The notes beneath the pieces were generated by a model. It made no database searches. It was not told the DNA's origin and saw only the letters and a program-made list of their open reading frames with translations. From a virus (taxonomy: Duplodnaviria; Caudoviricetes), in IMG/VR virus record IMGVR_UViG_3300005253_000221, positions 1-50,906 of that record: DNA of 50,906 bases. One strand, 5' to 3'. The position numbers and the translations under genes are program-made. Positions 1 to 10,124 of this stretch are shown here, in pieces (position 1 is the first letter of the stretch; every line of letters starts with the position of its first letter).

Positions 1-318
1 GGTCGAGACGTCCTGTCCAACCTTCGGGTTGACGACGGCGGAACTGTCATGATTAACCGCCTGCCTGGTGTCTACATTAACGAGCTGGATGATGTTACTG
101 ACCCTGTCACTGGTGATGCAACCGATCCTCTCTACTGTGTCGATTTCGCCAAGTTCGTTCCCGTTGTGCAGTCCGGCTACTGGATGGTTGAGTCCGAGCC
201 CATGACTGATAGGAGACAGCATACCACGTTCACTGTCTTCCTTGACGGCTCGCACAACAACCTGTGCACCAACCGGCGTAAGGCTGGTTTCGTGATTCAC
301 AAACCCATTACTTCCTAA
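1..318 (+). CDS. Major capsid protein, C-terminal part
   Basis: Frame 1 is open from nt 1 (GRDVLSNLRVDDGGTVMINRLP...NNLCTNRRKAGFVIHKPITS*). The C-terminus resembles that of phage capsid proteins. Confidence 0.85.
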   Translation, partial: GRDVLSNLRVDDGGTVMINRLPGVYINELDDVTDPVTGDATDPLYCVDFAKFVPVVQSGYWMVESEPMTDRRQHTTFTVFLDGSHNNLCTNRRKAGFVIHKPITS

Positions 319-417
319 GCTAAATCTGTGTAGATTAGCATTGGATTAATAATAACAGGGCGGAGACGGGTCAACCCCGTCCCGCACCATGGGGGTCAAC
401 CCCCCAGGAGGACAGAA

Positions 418-1689
418 ATGTCTCAAGTAACATACAACAGTGAAAAACACGACCTAAAGAAGGTCAAGCTCCAGAACGACAGCGGGTCTACCATTACCGT
501 TCGCGGTGGCCACCTGGTGGTCTACAACGCTAATTTCGGTACCGCAGCTGATTCCGATGAGAAGCGTTCTGTACGCGTTGAGGTCAACGCATCGGGCAAT
601 AGCGAGCATTTCGCTGGTGTTATCGATACCCGGTACGACGGGAAGCTGATTGAAGATGGAAGGTTCCTCCAGATGGAGGTTGCTGTGCCTGTTGCTCGTG
701 GCCAGCTTGTAGAGATTTGGACCGATCAGAACTGTACCCTTGGTGCTACTGTCCTCACTCTTCGCCCGACTAGTTTTGTTGCCGGGGGCATTGAAGATGG
801 TGTGCCCATCGCTGTCGCACAGCAAACCGTTGACCGCTCCAGCACCGCTGGTACCGTCCTCGCTCGTCTGCAGTGGCCCTTGCAGCCCCTGACGACCAGT
901 GGCTTTGTATCGACACGATCTCGTGCTGTCACAGCACTGCCTACCGCTGCGATCTGGGATAACATCCCCGTCACTGCGATGCTGACCAACCCATTCTTGG
1001 GTTCCGCACTGGTCACTGACTTTACCCATGGTTCAAGCTTCCCAGATAACAGGTTCGTAGATGCCACCTATGCGGCTACTGCCCTCGGCAAGACGATCCT
1101 TGAGGGTATCTACGGTGGCGTTACAGCCATTGGCGAGTTGAAACTATTCACCTCGGAAGACAATGGTGCTGCCGAAGCCCAATGGACCTGTCCTATCGAC
1201 ATCGACACGGCAGGGACCAAATGGGCGTTCGAGGCGAGGTTTAAGGTATCCAACATCACGACTGCGAAGATGTCGGCCTTTGTTGGCTTGGCCCTGGCTC
1301 AGAATCTAGGGGGCGATTTCATAGCCGATGCCGGTGCGGTGCCCACCACGGGCACCAGCTACGTCGGGTACTTCACGGATGACGCCGCAACCGCCGCCCT
1401 GGACCTCGACTATCTGCTCTCTGGGCAGACGCATGTCGAGCATAACGCTGCAATCAAGACGATGGTCGCGGACACCTACTTCACGGTCGGGATGTACTAC
1501 GACGGCACCGACATCCAGACGTACACGGATGGCGTGACTGACGCCGACCCGATCCTGGGTACGGGCGACATGGACGACGGTAACTTCCCCACCGGGACGT
1601 TCCTGGTGCCAACCATTGCCCTGAAGGGCGGACATGGGGACGATGCCATCCTCACCCTTGACTGGTTCCAGGTAGGCCAGCTTGCGTAA
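418..1689 (+). CDS. Putative capsid decoration/cement protein with C-terminal concanavalin/LamG-like domain
   Basis: 423 aa with AGGAGG RBS, directly after the capsid gene. Beta-rich C-terminus (WAFEARFKV...YFTVGMYYDG...LTLDWFQV). Confidence 0.55.
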   Translation: MSQVTYNSEKHDLKKVKLQNDSGSTITVRGGHLVVYNANFGTAADSDEKRSVRVEVNASGNSEHFAGVIDTRYDGKLIEDGRFLQMEVAVPVARGQLVEIWTDQNCTLGATVLTLRPTSFVAGGIEDGVPIAVAQQTVDRSSTAGTVLARLQWPLQPLTTSGFVSTRSRAVTALPTAAIWDNIPVTAMLTNPFLGSALVTDFTHGSSFPDNRFVDATYAATALGKTILEGIYGGVTAIGELKLFTSEDNGAAEAQWTCPIDIDTAGTKWAFEARFKVSNITTAKMSAFVGLALAQNLGGDFIADAGAVPTTGTSYVGYFTDDAATAALDLDYLLSGQTHVEHNAAIKTMVADTYFTVGMYYDGTDIQTYTDGVTDADPILGTGDMDDGNFPTGTFLVPTIALKGGHGDDAILTLDWFQVGQLA

Positions 1690-1696
1690 CACTATC

Positions 1697-1733
1697 GTAC
1701 GTGGAAGTATACATATAGTATACTTCCACGTAC
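1697..1733 (+). terminator. Perfect 16-bp hairpin, probable terminator or processing site
   Basis: GTACGTGGAAGTATAC-ATATA-GTATACTTCCACGTAC, intergenic after the capsid genes. The U-tract is weak. Confidence 0.55.
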
Positions 1734-1753
1734 ATCTTTAAGGAGATACGATT

Positions 1754-2821
1754 ATGGCCGAGCCAACCAGTGCTTTGTCCTATCAGTCTCTGCTGTTGCG
1801 GGTAGCTGAGTTATATGGCATTGCCAGTTATGATTCAAATGGGCTGCCGTACATCCCCGTGGATAACGCGTTCAACTTTCACGAGTGTAAACGCCTCGTG
1901 ACTGAGGCGATTCGCATGTTCATCGCACGGCCTCCGAGTACCGGTAAATGGAGATGGATGCACCGTACCCATACCCAACTGCTTAATGTTCCAGGAACAG
2001 GGCCAGATAACATCAGCAGTGACGCTGCGAGATACTCTTTACCTGCTGACTTCGGTGGGTCCATCGCCGGTAACATCACTTATATATCTGATTCGCAGCA
2101 CGGGATCAGTATCGAGTGGCGCGACATCAACTTCATACATCAACATCGGGAGTTGAGCATCACGACTGGATACCCACAGTGGGCAGCAATAAGGCCCTAC
2201 CTTCCCGCAGGCACAGCACTGGGTGCGTCTCGTAGGTGGGAGCTGATATTCTACCCCACACCTGGCCATGCCAAGACTGTTCAGTTTCCGTACATTATGC
2301 ACTTCGATAACGTAACGGCTGAGGGAGGGACCGCATCAGCGGCCAATAGCACAACCCTTACGGATATTAGCTTGAACATATTTGCCGATGATCACTTCAA
2401 CGGGTACACGGCGACCATCATATCAGGGACGGGTAAGGGTAGCAGCGCGGTGGTGACTGACTTTGTTCAATCAACCGGTGTTGTCACCGTGGCAGACTGG
2501 CTGTTCCCCGGTGGGGCAGCTGGAGGAGTGGACCCGGCAGCCAGCAGTATATACCTACTCGAACCGGCAGGCAATGTACAGCCTTGTGGGTTCCAGTTCG
2601 ATGATGCGATTGAAGCAGCGTGCCTGGCGCGTTGCGAGATGGCAGCCGATGATTCAGAGCTAGGGTCAAAGTGGATAACCTATTTCACCAGTGAAGCGTT
2701 GCCGGTAGCATGGAAACTTGACGGCAACGCAGCCCCGCGGATGATGGGCAAGATGACTGACGGACGTCAATTTCAACACGCGCGTGTTCGAGAAAATGTC
2801 GCACACGATAACGCAATTTAG
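1754..2821 (+). CDS. Head-tail adaptor / tail tubular protein A-like
   Basis: 355 aa with AAGGAG RBS. Adaptor-type motifs WRWMH, YSLPADF, GYPQW, LIFYPTP and a matching position. Confidence 0.6.
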   Translation: MAEPTSALSYQSLLLRVAELYGIASYDSNGLPYIPVDNAFNFHECKRLVTEAIRMFIARPPSTGKWRWMHRTHTQLLNVPGTGPDNISSDAARYSLPADFGGSIAGNITYISDSQHGISIEWRDINFIHQHRELSITTGYPQWAAIRPYLPAGTALGASRRWELIFYPTPGHAKTVQFPYIMHFDNVTAEGGTASAANSTTLTDISLNIFADDHFNGYTATIISGTGKGSSAVVTDFVQSTGVVTVADWLFPGGAAGGVDPAASSIYLLEPAGNVQPCGFQFDDAIEAACLARCEMAADDSELGSKWITYFTSEALPVAWKLDGNAAPRMMGKMTDGRQFQHARVRENVAHDNAI

Positions 2822-2832
2822 GAGATAACATA

Positions 2833-3393
2833 ATGGGTAAGGGTTTTGGACTAGGAGACTTCAATGTCCCTAATGGTCCTACCTCTTCGCGGAAGTGCAT
2901 CGCGGGTGTGGACATCAACTCGATTCGACTGCTGGGGCTTATTCCCACTGCATCTACCGAGCCGTCCAGGGAAAGCCTGGAAACTAATTTCGAGGGTTTG
3001 CGCGTATCGTCCAGTCAGACGACTGCGGGTGACCTCACGTTCTGTGTCCCTCGGGATTATGACAATCAGAAAGACAAGCTGTATGTGCGCTTCTTGGCGC
3101 AGATGAGCGGAGCAACTGACTCGGCTGTCACCATCGACGCCACCCTGTTCCGTAAGCGTGAGGGCGTTGCTCTCACGGCTGACCTCGATCCTACGATTTC
3201 GGCAGCCATCAACATCAGCACGACCATCGCAGGTTGGGTAGAGGTCAAGGTCGAGGGCCAGGCCCTCCTGCCCGGTGATGCAGTTACACTCGTGTTCACA
3301 ACCGCTGCGCATACGACTGACTCCGTGGATATTTACGCAGTCGAGGTTGTATACTTTGGCAACGATCAGTACAGCAAGATCACTGAAAGATAA
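2833..3393 (+). CDS. Virion structural protein (jelly-roll-like)
   Basis: 186 aa with AGGAG RBS, beta-rich, in the structural operon. Confidence 0.55.
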   Translation: MGKGFGLGDFNVPNGPTSSRKCIAGVDINSIRLLGLIPTASTEPSRESLETNFEGLRVSSSQTTAGDLTFCVPRDYDNQKDKLYVRFLAQMSGATDSAVTIDATLFRKREGVALTADLDPTISAAINISTTIAGWVEVKVEGQALLPGDAVTLVFTTAAHTTDSVDIYAVEVVYFGNDQYSKITER

Positions 3394-3400
3394 TCAGGAG

Positions 3401-3435
3401 GCGGCCCCGGCTAATAACTGGGGCCGCATACTTTT
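3401..3435 (+). terminator. Putative intrinsic terminator
   Basis: GCGGCCCCGG/CTGGGGCCGC stem followed by ATACTTTT. Confidence 0.5.
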
Positions 3436-3663
3436 ATGAAACTACTATTCCCATTCAAGGGTTTCCATAAGGGAACAGCCGCCACTACGCAGCCACCCAA
3501 TACGACGCCCGATAGCCAGAACGTCCGTGTGTTCGACTCCCTGGATAACCGGGGTCGCGGTGGCCAACGTCCGGGTGTAGATAAGTGGTCCACAGTTCTG
3601 GTAAGTGACTCAGGTACCCCGTCTCCAGTGGTTGAAACGGTTCAAGTAACGGTGGTAAGCTAA
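3436..3663 (+). CDS. Small virion protein resembling the N-terminus of tail nozzle (gp10-like) proteins
   Basis: 75 aa (FPFKG...QPPNTTPDSQNVRVFD...RGGQRPG), coupled to the next gene by TAATG. Confidence 0.5.
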   Translation: MKLLFPFKGFHKGTAATTQPPNTTPDSQNVRVFDSLDNRGRGGQRPGVDKWSTVLVSDSGTPSPVVETVQVTVVS

Positions 3664-5735
3664 TGGCGACTCTAAAAGTATCATACCATCCAGTAGATAC
3701 TGAGGTCAATTCGAATTTCTCAGCTCGTAGATGGAGGGGACAAACATTTATAACCCCGTCTGCGTTTACCTGCACGTCTGTGAAATTGAAGATGGGATCT
3801 ACTGGTGCAAAAAGTGGAGATGTGTACTTGCAAGCTGTAGACGGTAGTAGCCTACCGACAGGGTCGATATTGGCCACGGTAGCATTTGACTCCATAGACT
3901 TCACGGGAACGCAGGCCCTGTATGAGTTTACGTTCGTTACTCCTGTAGCATTAACAAATGCAACAGAGTATGCCATCGTCATGAAATCAGATACTGCCAC
4001 GACTGGGCTACGCATATACGCCGACATATCAACCCGCTACCCTGATGGTATAGCCCTTGACAGCACTAACGGTACATCCTGGGCTGAAACTACTGGCCTG
4101 GATAATTACTTTGAAGTTTACGGGGTAACTACAGCCGACTTTATCCCGAGTGACAAGAAGTACACCCGTAAACTGGTCACATTCTCAGCCAACAAGATAT
4201 TCACTGGCAGTACTCCAGCTACTATGACCGAACTCGCAGCGGCGGCTGATGACTTTGATACCGGCAATCCGTTGCAAGCCACCGAGGCATACGGCAAGGT
4301 GTTTGTCGCCAATGACACTGACCTCAAGGTAGCTGACTTCGTAAATATAAAACTAACCACCACTTCCTTAGGCTCTTCAGCCAATGCACCGAACCACAGC
4401 ACCATACTTACAGGCGGGTCCTCTGGCGCAAAGATGGTGTGTGATTACATAACTGCCAATACCGGGGCCACCACTCTATATGGCAACTCAATCACAACTG
4501 CCACCTTTACCAGTGGAGAGACAGTAACGGGAACTAATGTGGCGGGCAACGCGGTATCCTTCACACTGAGCGCCAACGAGGTCAGTGGTCCGCACTGGTA
4601 CGACTGGACCGTGTACGCGAACGACACCGCTACCTACGGTACTATGCCTACGACGGCTAACATAATCGAGCTGCACATAGGTTGCTTGTGGTTGATGGGT
4701 GACACTACACTTCCTCATCAGTGGTACAAGACTAGACAGAACAATCCATGGGATTTCCTGTATGCGAAGGATGATGCAGGATCAGCCGTGGCCGGCAACA
4801 ACACCGATGCTGGTGAAGTCGGAGATATTATCATTGACGCTATATCTTACAGTGATGACTTCATGGTATTCGGGTGTGCAGGATCTTTGCATGTCATGTC
4901 TGGCAACCCAGCCGCTGGCGGAAGGATAGACTTGCTCCGAAACACTGGACTAGTGGCGCCGAAGGCATGGACCTGGGATGATGAGGGCAACCTCTATATG
5001 CTGTCCACCGAAGGGTTGCTCAGGATAGCTAAGGGATTTGGGGAGGCAGAGAACATAACCAAGCTCACATACCCCGACTTCATTGAAGACCTGGCGGTTG
5101 ATCCGTCACTTCACCGGCTATCCATGGCTTACGACTCCGCAAATTTCGGCATACTTATAGCCAAGACCACTTTCTCTGACGGTACCAACATTGCCTGGTG
5201 GTTCGACACTCGCAGCGGTGGCCTGTTTAAAGAAGTCTATCCCGAGGAGGCCAGCATCTTTAGCATGTGGAAGTTTGTCGCCGATGATCCTTCAAACTCG
5301 GCGCTCATCCTTGGGTGCAACGATGGATACACACGCGAACATCTGAAGTCGGCCAAGAGTGACGACATTGGTGGGTCCGATGAACTGATAGACTCGTATG
5401 TTACGTTCGGCCCTATCGCCACGAGTAACTCGGTACGTAAAGCAGGGCGGGTGTCGAACATGGACCTGTTCGCAGGTGGTGCAGATGACGGTGCTTCTGA
5501 TGACTCTGATCCCGTATACGTAGAGACCTACGAATCAGAGAATCCGCAGAGTCTGATAAAGAAGATCATCGCGGGCACCGCGTACAAGTTCAGAAAGATA
5601 TTTAAAGTATCGGGTCACAAGAAGGGTAATGTAGACCGGCGTAAAGTGCGAGCGCGTTGGGTTGGATTTAAAATGGGAAACAAGACGGCTGGAGAATCGT
5701 TCTCGCTGGAAAGATTTGACGCAGAAGGGATATAA
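3663..5735 (+). CDS. Tail nozzle / tail tubular protein B-like (beta-propeller) with extra N-terminal beta domain
   Basis: 690 aa with propeller-like blades. C-terminal RARWVGFKM...FSLE is typical of nozzle proteins, and the position matches. Confidence 0.6.
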   Translation: MATLKVSYHPVDTEVNSNFSARRWRGQTFITPSAFTCTSVKLKMGSTGAKSGDVYLQAVDGSSLPTGSILATVAFDSIDFTGTQALYEFTFVTPVALTNATEYAIVMKSDTATTGLRIYADISTRYPDGIALDSTNGTSWAETTGLDNYFEVYGVTTADFIPSDKKYTRKLVTFSANKIFTGSTPATMTELAAAADDFDTGNPLQATEAYGKVFVANDTDLKVADFVNIKLTTTSLGSSANAPNHSTILTGGSSGAKMVCDYITANTGATTLYGNSITTATFTSGETVTGTNVAGNAVSFTLSANEVSGPHWYDWTVYANDTATYGTMPTTANIIELHIGCLWLMGDTTLPHQWYKTRQNNPWDFLYAKDDAGSAVAGNNTDAGEVGDIIIDAISYSDDFMVFGCAGSLHVMSGNPAAGGRIDLLRNTGLVAPKAWTWDDEGNLYMLSTEGLLRIAKGFGEAENITKLTYPDFIEDLAVDPSLHRLSMAYDSANFGILIAKTTFSDGTNIAWWFDTRSGGLFKEVYPEEASIFSMWKFVADDPSNSALILGCNDGYTREHLKSAKSDDIGGSDELIDSYVTFGPIATSNSVRKAGRVSNMDLFAGGADDGASDDSDPVYVETYESENPQSLIKKIIAGTAYKFRKIFKVSGHKKGNVDRRKVRARWVGFKMGNKTAGESFSLERFDAEGI

Positions 5736-5737
5736 AA

Positions 5738-6400
5738 ATGGCGCTATCGTACAGGCAATGGTTCAATGAGAACATGGGTCACATGGTGGGATCGACGAAT
5801 ATCCAACATGTGCAGCAACAATGGCGAGCGTACCAGAAACGCAACAAGCCCGCGCCAACTCCAGTAGCCAGGGCAGCAGCCCCGGCCCCTGTGGCAGCCC
5901 CGGCCTCTGCGGCAGCCCTGGATTTACAGGGATCACAGGATGCTTTCATAAAGTCCCAGAACGCTATGATCGACCGCAATGCAGAACGTGGCGCAGAGCA
6001 GGGACTTAGCAACATGATATCTTCCGGCTTATCTGGAACCACTGCAGTAGGTGGCATGAATGCGGCCGTTGCTGAAACAGCCGGGCTACAGAAAGCAAAT
6101 GTGGCTGCAGGAGCACAGCGGCAAACCGATCAACTTAGGTTGGGGTATTCTCAGCTGGCTTCTTCGGATTACAACCAAGGTCAGAATCGCGCCCAGGGAG
6201 CATCGCAGTTCACAGCGGGACAGGCCCAGCAGGCATCGCAGTTCCAACAAAATCAGCAGTTCGCGCAGCAGCAGGCAGCCTATAAACGACAACAATTTCA
6301 ACAGGACCTACGATTCAAGCAGCAGCAAGCGACGGCACCTGCGGGCACTAGTGCCAGTGCGGCAGCGGGTCAGTTGATGCAACGTCCAGTAGTGGGGTAA
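5738..6400 (+). CDS. Putative internal virion (DNA ejection) protein
   Basis: 220 aa, Ala/Gln/Gly-rich and helical, following the nozzle gene. Confidence 0.5.
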   Translation: MALSYRQWFNENMGHMVGSTNIQHVQQQWRAYQKRNKPAPTPVARAAAPAPVAAPASAAALDLQGSQDAFIKSQNAMIDRNAERGAEQGLSNMISSGLSGTTAVGGMNAAVAETAGLQKANVAAGAQRQTDQLRLGYSQLASSDYNQGQNRAQGASQFTAGQAQQASQFQQNQQFAQQQAAYKRQQFQQDLRFKQQQATAPAGTSASAAAGQLMQRPVVG

Positions 6401-6405
6401 CGACC

Positions 6406-9009
6406 ATGGCCAATCAGAATATAGGTATTCGAATACCCCCACGGGGATCGGCTAGTGAGGAAGTGCGAAAGACCTTCCAACAGATTGTGCGGCGACTCGG
6501 ATCTAGTTCCACTGTCACATTTGGCAGCGTGACCCTGGCAGACTTGACCGCTACGCGCCTTGTACAGTCAGACGCCTCAAAGGTCTTGATATCGGTTTCC
6601 GATCTCACGTCGTGGATTGCTGGAACGACCAACCGGATAACTGTAACCGATGATGGTGACGGCACGGTGACACTGTCTACACCACAGGACACACACACGG
6701 GGGCCAGCCCTCAGTTTGCCGGAGGTACCTTTACGAACGCAGCAGTGCTGGGTTCTGACTCTGTGGTGTTTCAACCCAATGCAGATTCTACGACGTTCCT
6801 TCAAGTCCTAGACGCTGACGGCGGAACGCCTGTTTTAAATGTGGATACAACGAATGAGAGAGTTGGAATCGGGACGGCGGCAACACAAAAAGACCTGCAT
6901 GTAGAGAGTGTAGTTCCCACGATAAGACTGTCAGATTCAAATGCGGCAACTGACCAAGCGGTAGCAACTTTGATAGAGCTTTATCGTGGGAATAATACGA
7001 ATAGGGTTGGATTTTGGGGCATGGCCAGTTCTAGTAATGACGTAATGCAACTTGCTACTGATTATGCAGCGGGGGAGATAGTATTTTCTACAGGTTCTAA
7101 TGTCGCAGCGTTAAGCATTGACGCCTCTCAAAACGTTGGAATCAGCGGTGCTCTCACTGCGGTATCTTACGGTGGCATCGTCGAAGCGAACTTGCTAGAC
7201 AAGACTGCCGCTGAGACTATCAGCGGTGCTTGGGAATTTACGGCTGCTTCGACAACACTATCATCTACGCAGCCGATCCTAGATTTCAATGAAACTGACG
7301 GGCCTGTAGATGAAAAGTTTTGGCGTTGTACCGCCGCAATAGGGGATTTATACTTACAAACTAAGACAGATGCTTTGGGGACAGGCGCTAATGTGCTTCG
7401 CATAACTCGGACTGGTACAACTGTTGATCTGATTAGAGCCGTTGCAACCTCTGTAGATGTAGTGGGTGCACTCACAGCGACCTCCCACGGTGGAATAGTT
7501 GAGGCGAACCTAGTTGATAAGTCCGCTGTTGAGACTATCGGGGGGGCGTGGACATTTTCTAACGCGTTAACCATTAGCAGGTCAGATGCTTCTGCGGATA
7601 TTGTCCTTAAACGAGTTGATGCTTTCGTGGACTTCAACCAAGATGTTGGAACGATTCAATTTCAAGGAGGTGAAGATGGCTCCGAGGAAGTGGTGGCACT
7701 CATCCAAGCTGTGCCGTTTGATAATTGGACAAATACTTCATCTCCTACATCACTTGCCTTCCATACAACACCAGTTGGTGCAACAAATGCCACAGAGCGG
7801 GTCAGAATCAATAGAGACGGTAATGTCAGTATTGGTACCGTATCGTCAATTTCACCTCTTGCAGTAGAAGCAGGACTTACTACAACAGGCGCAGTATTCA
7901 CCCTTGGTACCAAAGAACCAACGGTAGCGGCAAATGATGTATTGGGAAGAATCAATTTTTATGCTCCTTTAGAAACCGGAGCTGATGCTATTTCTGTAGC
8001 AGCTTCTATTGTGGCTAGAGCAGAGGGAGCATTTGACGCCACTACAAATATTACTTCACTCTTGTTTCAAACAGGAGCTTCTGAAGTAGCCACTACCAAG
8101 ATGACAATTACAAGTGCGGGCAGAGTCGGCGTAGGTTTAACCCCGACAGCTAACATGGCGGGGTTGTCAATTGAGGCGGGAGTCCTTACGCTCAAGGAAA
8201 CCGCTACCCCCACCGTTGATTTTGGGTATGGGAAAATACTTACTAAGTCTGACAATCAGTTTTATTTCCAGAATGGCGCAGGCGTAGAAACGCAGGTTAC
8301 GCTAGGGATTATAGGAACTAATGTGCAGGCCTATGACGCTGGACTGAGCAACCTCGCGGGCATAACAATGGCAGCGGATAAGATGTATTACACTTCCGCT
8401 GACAACGTACACGTGGCCATTGACCTGCCGTCATTCGGTAGGACCTTAATTGCCAATACTACAGCGGCTTTGGCCAGATCCGATTTGGCGCTGGACACAG
8501 CCGACAGCCCCATATTTACCGGCATGACCGCGGGGACTGCCGTAGCTGCAACAAATGTAATAATGTCCATGAATGGCGTAGTAAACAAAGCCACAAGAAT
8601 AATCTTTAAACAATCCGGTTCAGATAAGTGGATGATGGGCAATGGCCCAGCGAGCGAGGACAATAAGTTTGCTATCTTCAATGCTGTAACTGGTGAACAT
8701 ACGATGATAGTGGATCCCGTAACAGACGATATCGCTCTTGCAGTCGTGGGAGGTAAAATCGGTATCGGGTTTACTGGCACCCCGTCAGCTAAAGTACACA
8801 TAGACCAATCCTCAGCAGGGGGGGCAATTCCCGTATTGACCTTAGATCAGGGTGATGTATCCGAAGAGATGATAGAATTCCTTTGCACGATAGGAACGGG
8901 AAATGCCATTGAAGCAGTTGCTGCAAAGGTGCTGACTACCACGCATTTTATTAAGATCACTATACAGGGTGGTCTGACGAGATATATACCATGTGGAACT
9001 ATTGCATAA
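6406..9009 (+). CDS. Tail fibre protein
   Basis: 867 aa, Thr/Gly/Ala-rich, with repeated (R/N)VGIG motifs, GTNVQAYDA motif and an internal 31-aa repeat. Confidence 0.8.
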   Translation: MANQNIGIRIPPRGSASEEVRKTFQQIVRRLGSSSTVTFGSVTLADLTATRLVQSDASKVLISVSDLTSWIAGTTNRITVTDDGDGTVTLSTPQDTHTGASPQFAGGTFTNAAVLGSDSVVFQPNADSTTFLQVLDADGGTPVLNVDTTNERVGIGTAATQKDLHVESVVPTIRLSDSNAATDQAVATLIELYRGNNTNRVGFWGMASSSNDVMQLATDYAAGEIVFSTGSNVAALSIDASQNVGISGALTAVSYGGIVEANLLDKTAAETISGAWEFTAASTTLSSTQPILDFNETDGPVDEKFWRCTAAIGDLYLQTKTDALGTGANVLRITRTGTTVDLIRAVATSVDVVGALTATSHGGIVEANLVDKSAVETIGGAWTFSNALTISRSDASADIVLKRVDAFVDFNQDVGTIQFQGGEDGSEEVVALIQAVPFDNWTNTSSPTSLAFHTTPVGATNATERVRINRDGNVSIGTVSSISPLAVEAGLTTTGAVFTLGTKEPTVAANDVLGRINFYAPLETGADAISVAASIVARAEGAFDATTNITSLLFQTGASEVATTKMTITSAGRVGVGLTPTANMAGLSIEAGVLTLKETATPTVDFGYGKILTKSDNQFYFQNGAGVETQVTLGIIGTNVQAYDAGLSNLAGITMAADKMYYTSADNVHVAIDLPSFGRTLIANTTAALARSDLALDTADSPIFTGMTAGTAVAATNVIMSMNGVVNKATRIIFKQSGSDKWMMGNGPASEDNKFAIFNAVTGEHTMIVDPVTDDIALAVVGGKIGIGFTGTPSAKVHIDQSSAGGAIPVLTLDQGDVSEEMIEFLCTIGTGNAIEAVAAKVLTTTHFIKITIQGGLTRYIPCGTIA
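7147..7557 (+). repeat. Internal 93-bp (31-aa) duplicated module in the tail fibre (7147..7239 and 7465..7557)
   Basis: GALTAVSYGGIVEANLLDKTAAETISGAWEF versus GALTATSHGGIVEANLVDKSAVETIGGAWTF. Confidence 0.85.
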
Positions 9010-9020
9010 AGGAGACGAAC

Positions 9021-9182
9021 ATGAAGATCCAAGCAGATAAAGAGGCACACGCATTTACCAACACCTTGATCGACATGGTGCTCACAGGCACCAAGTTTAA
9101 GCAACAAGAACTAGTAGCGGTGGTTATATTCCAGCAGAGCATCAAACCGATCCCAGAGGACGCGGGCAAAGAGGAGAAATAA
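9021..9182 (+). CDS. Small protein after the tail fibre (possible fibre chaperone)
   Basis: ATG 9021 with AAGGAG RBS, 53 aa. Confidence 0.55.
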   Translation: MKIQADKEAHAFTNTLIDMVLTGTKFKQQELVAVVIFQQSIKPIPEDAGKEEK

Positions 9183-9183
9183 T

Positions 9184-10113
9184 ATGGCAGCAGAGATGCA
9201 ACTAGAAGACGGCAGCTGGGTTCCTGCATCTTCCCTCGTCAACACATATGTAGAGCCGGAACCAGAGCCTGGTCAGGCACAGCTAGAATGGCTGTCAAAT
9301 GATTCAGCCACTCGACAAGCGGCGATCCGCAGTCACTTTAACCAGCAGTACGATCTGATTAGGCAACACTCCCCGTACATGGGGATCAAGGCAGCCAATG
9401 AGATGATCACGCAGGCGCATCTTAGTGCGCAGCAAGAGTACTCCCAGGTACAAGACCAGGCCAACAATAATATGAGCGCGTTCCGAAGGATACAGGCGCT
9501 GGCCAAGCAAGGTGCTATAGCCACTACTGGCAAAATGAATCCAGAAAAACTCATGTGGCAGATGGTGGGCGGCGAGGAACTGGCCGAGGCTATGTTCCCC
9601 ACCGAGCAACGTACCGATGACCAGCATACCCGATTCACCGAGTCTACCCGACAGCGCGACATCCTCGAGAAGGATCTTGAAGGTTACCAGGTCGTAGACG
9701 AAGGAAAGTGGAACCCGTTCAAGACCAACACACAAGCCTTGCAAAAGTACGACCCGATATCCGGGGAGTATAAGACAGTAAGCCGGAAGGACATGAGCGG
9801 CAATGTTCTGATGGGCGAGCAGGAACGCGGACAGTTCCGCGCGATCCAACAGGCGCTGGCTGATCTACAAGGCATACGAAGAAACAGTTTCCCGGGAGTC
9901 ACTCCACAACAGAGGGCCGCTGCCAAGCGCATAGCCAACAATCAATCGCGCATTGGTTCAACGATAGCCAGCACAATAAGTGCTCACGTTGCACTGAAGC
10001 AACCAACCATCACCAAGGCTGACTTGAAGAAACAGTATAAAGAGATTTACCAAACGCAGGGGCCGGAAGCAGCGGTGGAATTTGCCAATACAAACCCCAG
10101 CTTACTAGAATAG
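9184..10113 (+). CDS. Putative internal virion protein
   Basis: 309 aa, helical and Gln-rich, just before the large ejection protein. Confidence 0.5.
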   Translation: MAAEMQLEDGSWVPASSLVNTYVEPEPEPGQAQLEWLSNDSATRQAAIRSHFNQQYDLIRQHSPYMGIKAANEMITQAHLSAQQEYSQVQDQANNNMSAFRRIQALAKQGAIATTGKMNPEKLMWQMVGGEELAEAMFPTEQRTDDQHTRFTESTRQRDILEKDLEGYQVVDEGKWNPFKTNTQALQKYDPISGEYKTVSRKDMSGNVLMGEQERGQFRAIQQALADLQGIRRNSFPGVTPQQRAAAKRIANNQSRIGSTIASTISAHVALKQPTITKADLKKQYKEIYQTQGPEAAVEFANTNPSLLE

Positions 10114-10124
10114 AAAGGTGACTC

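Noticed and set aside
319-405. Three small hairpins after the capsid gene (two with GGGTCAACCC)
   Set aside because: Most simply terminator or mRNA-stability elements; too short to claim more.
6406-9009. Diversity-generating retroelement acting on the tail fibre
   Set aside because: No reverse transcriptase; the repeat differences are mostly synonymous and not adenine-specific.
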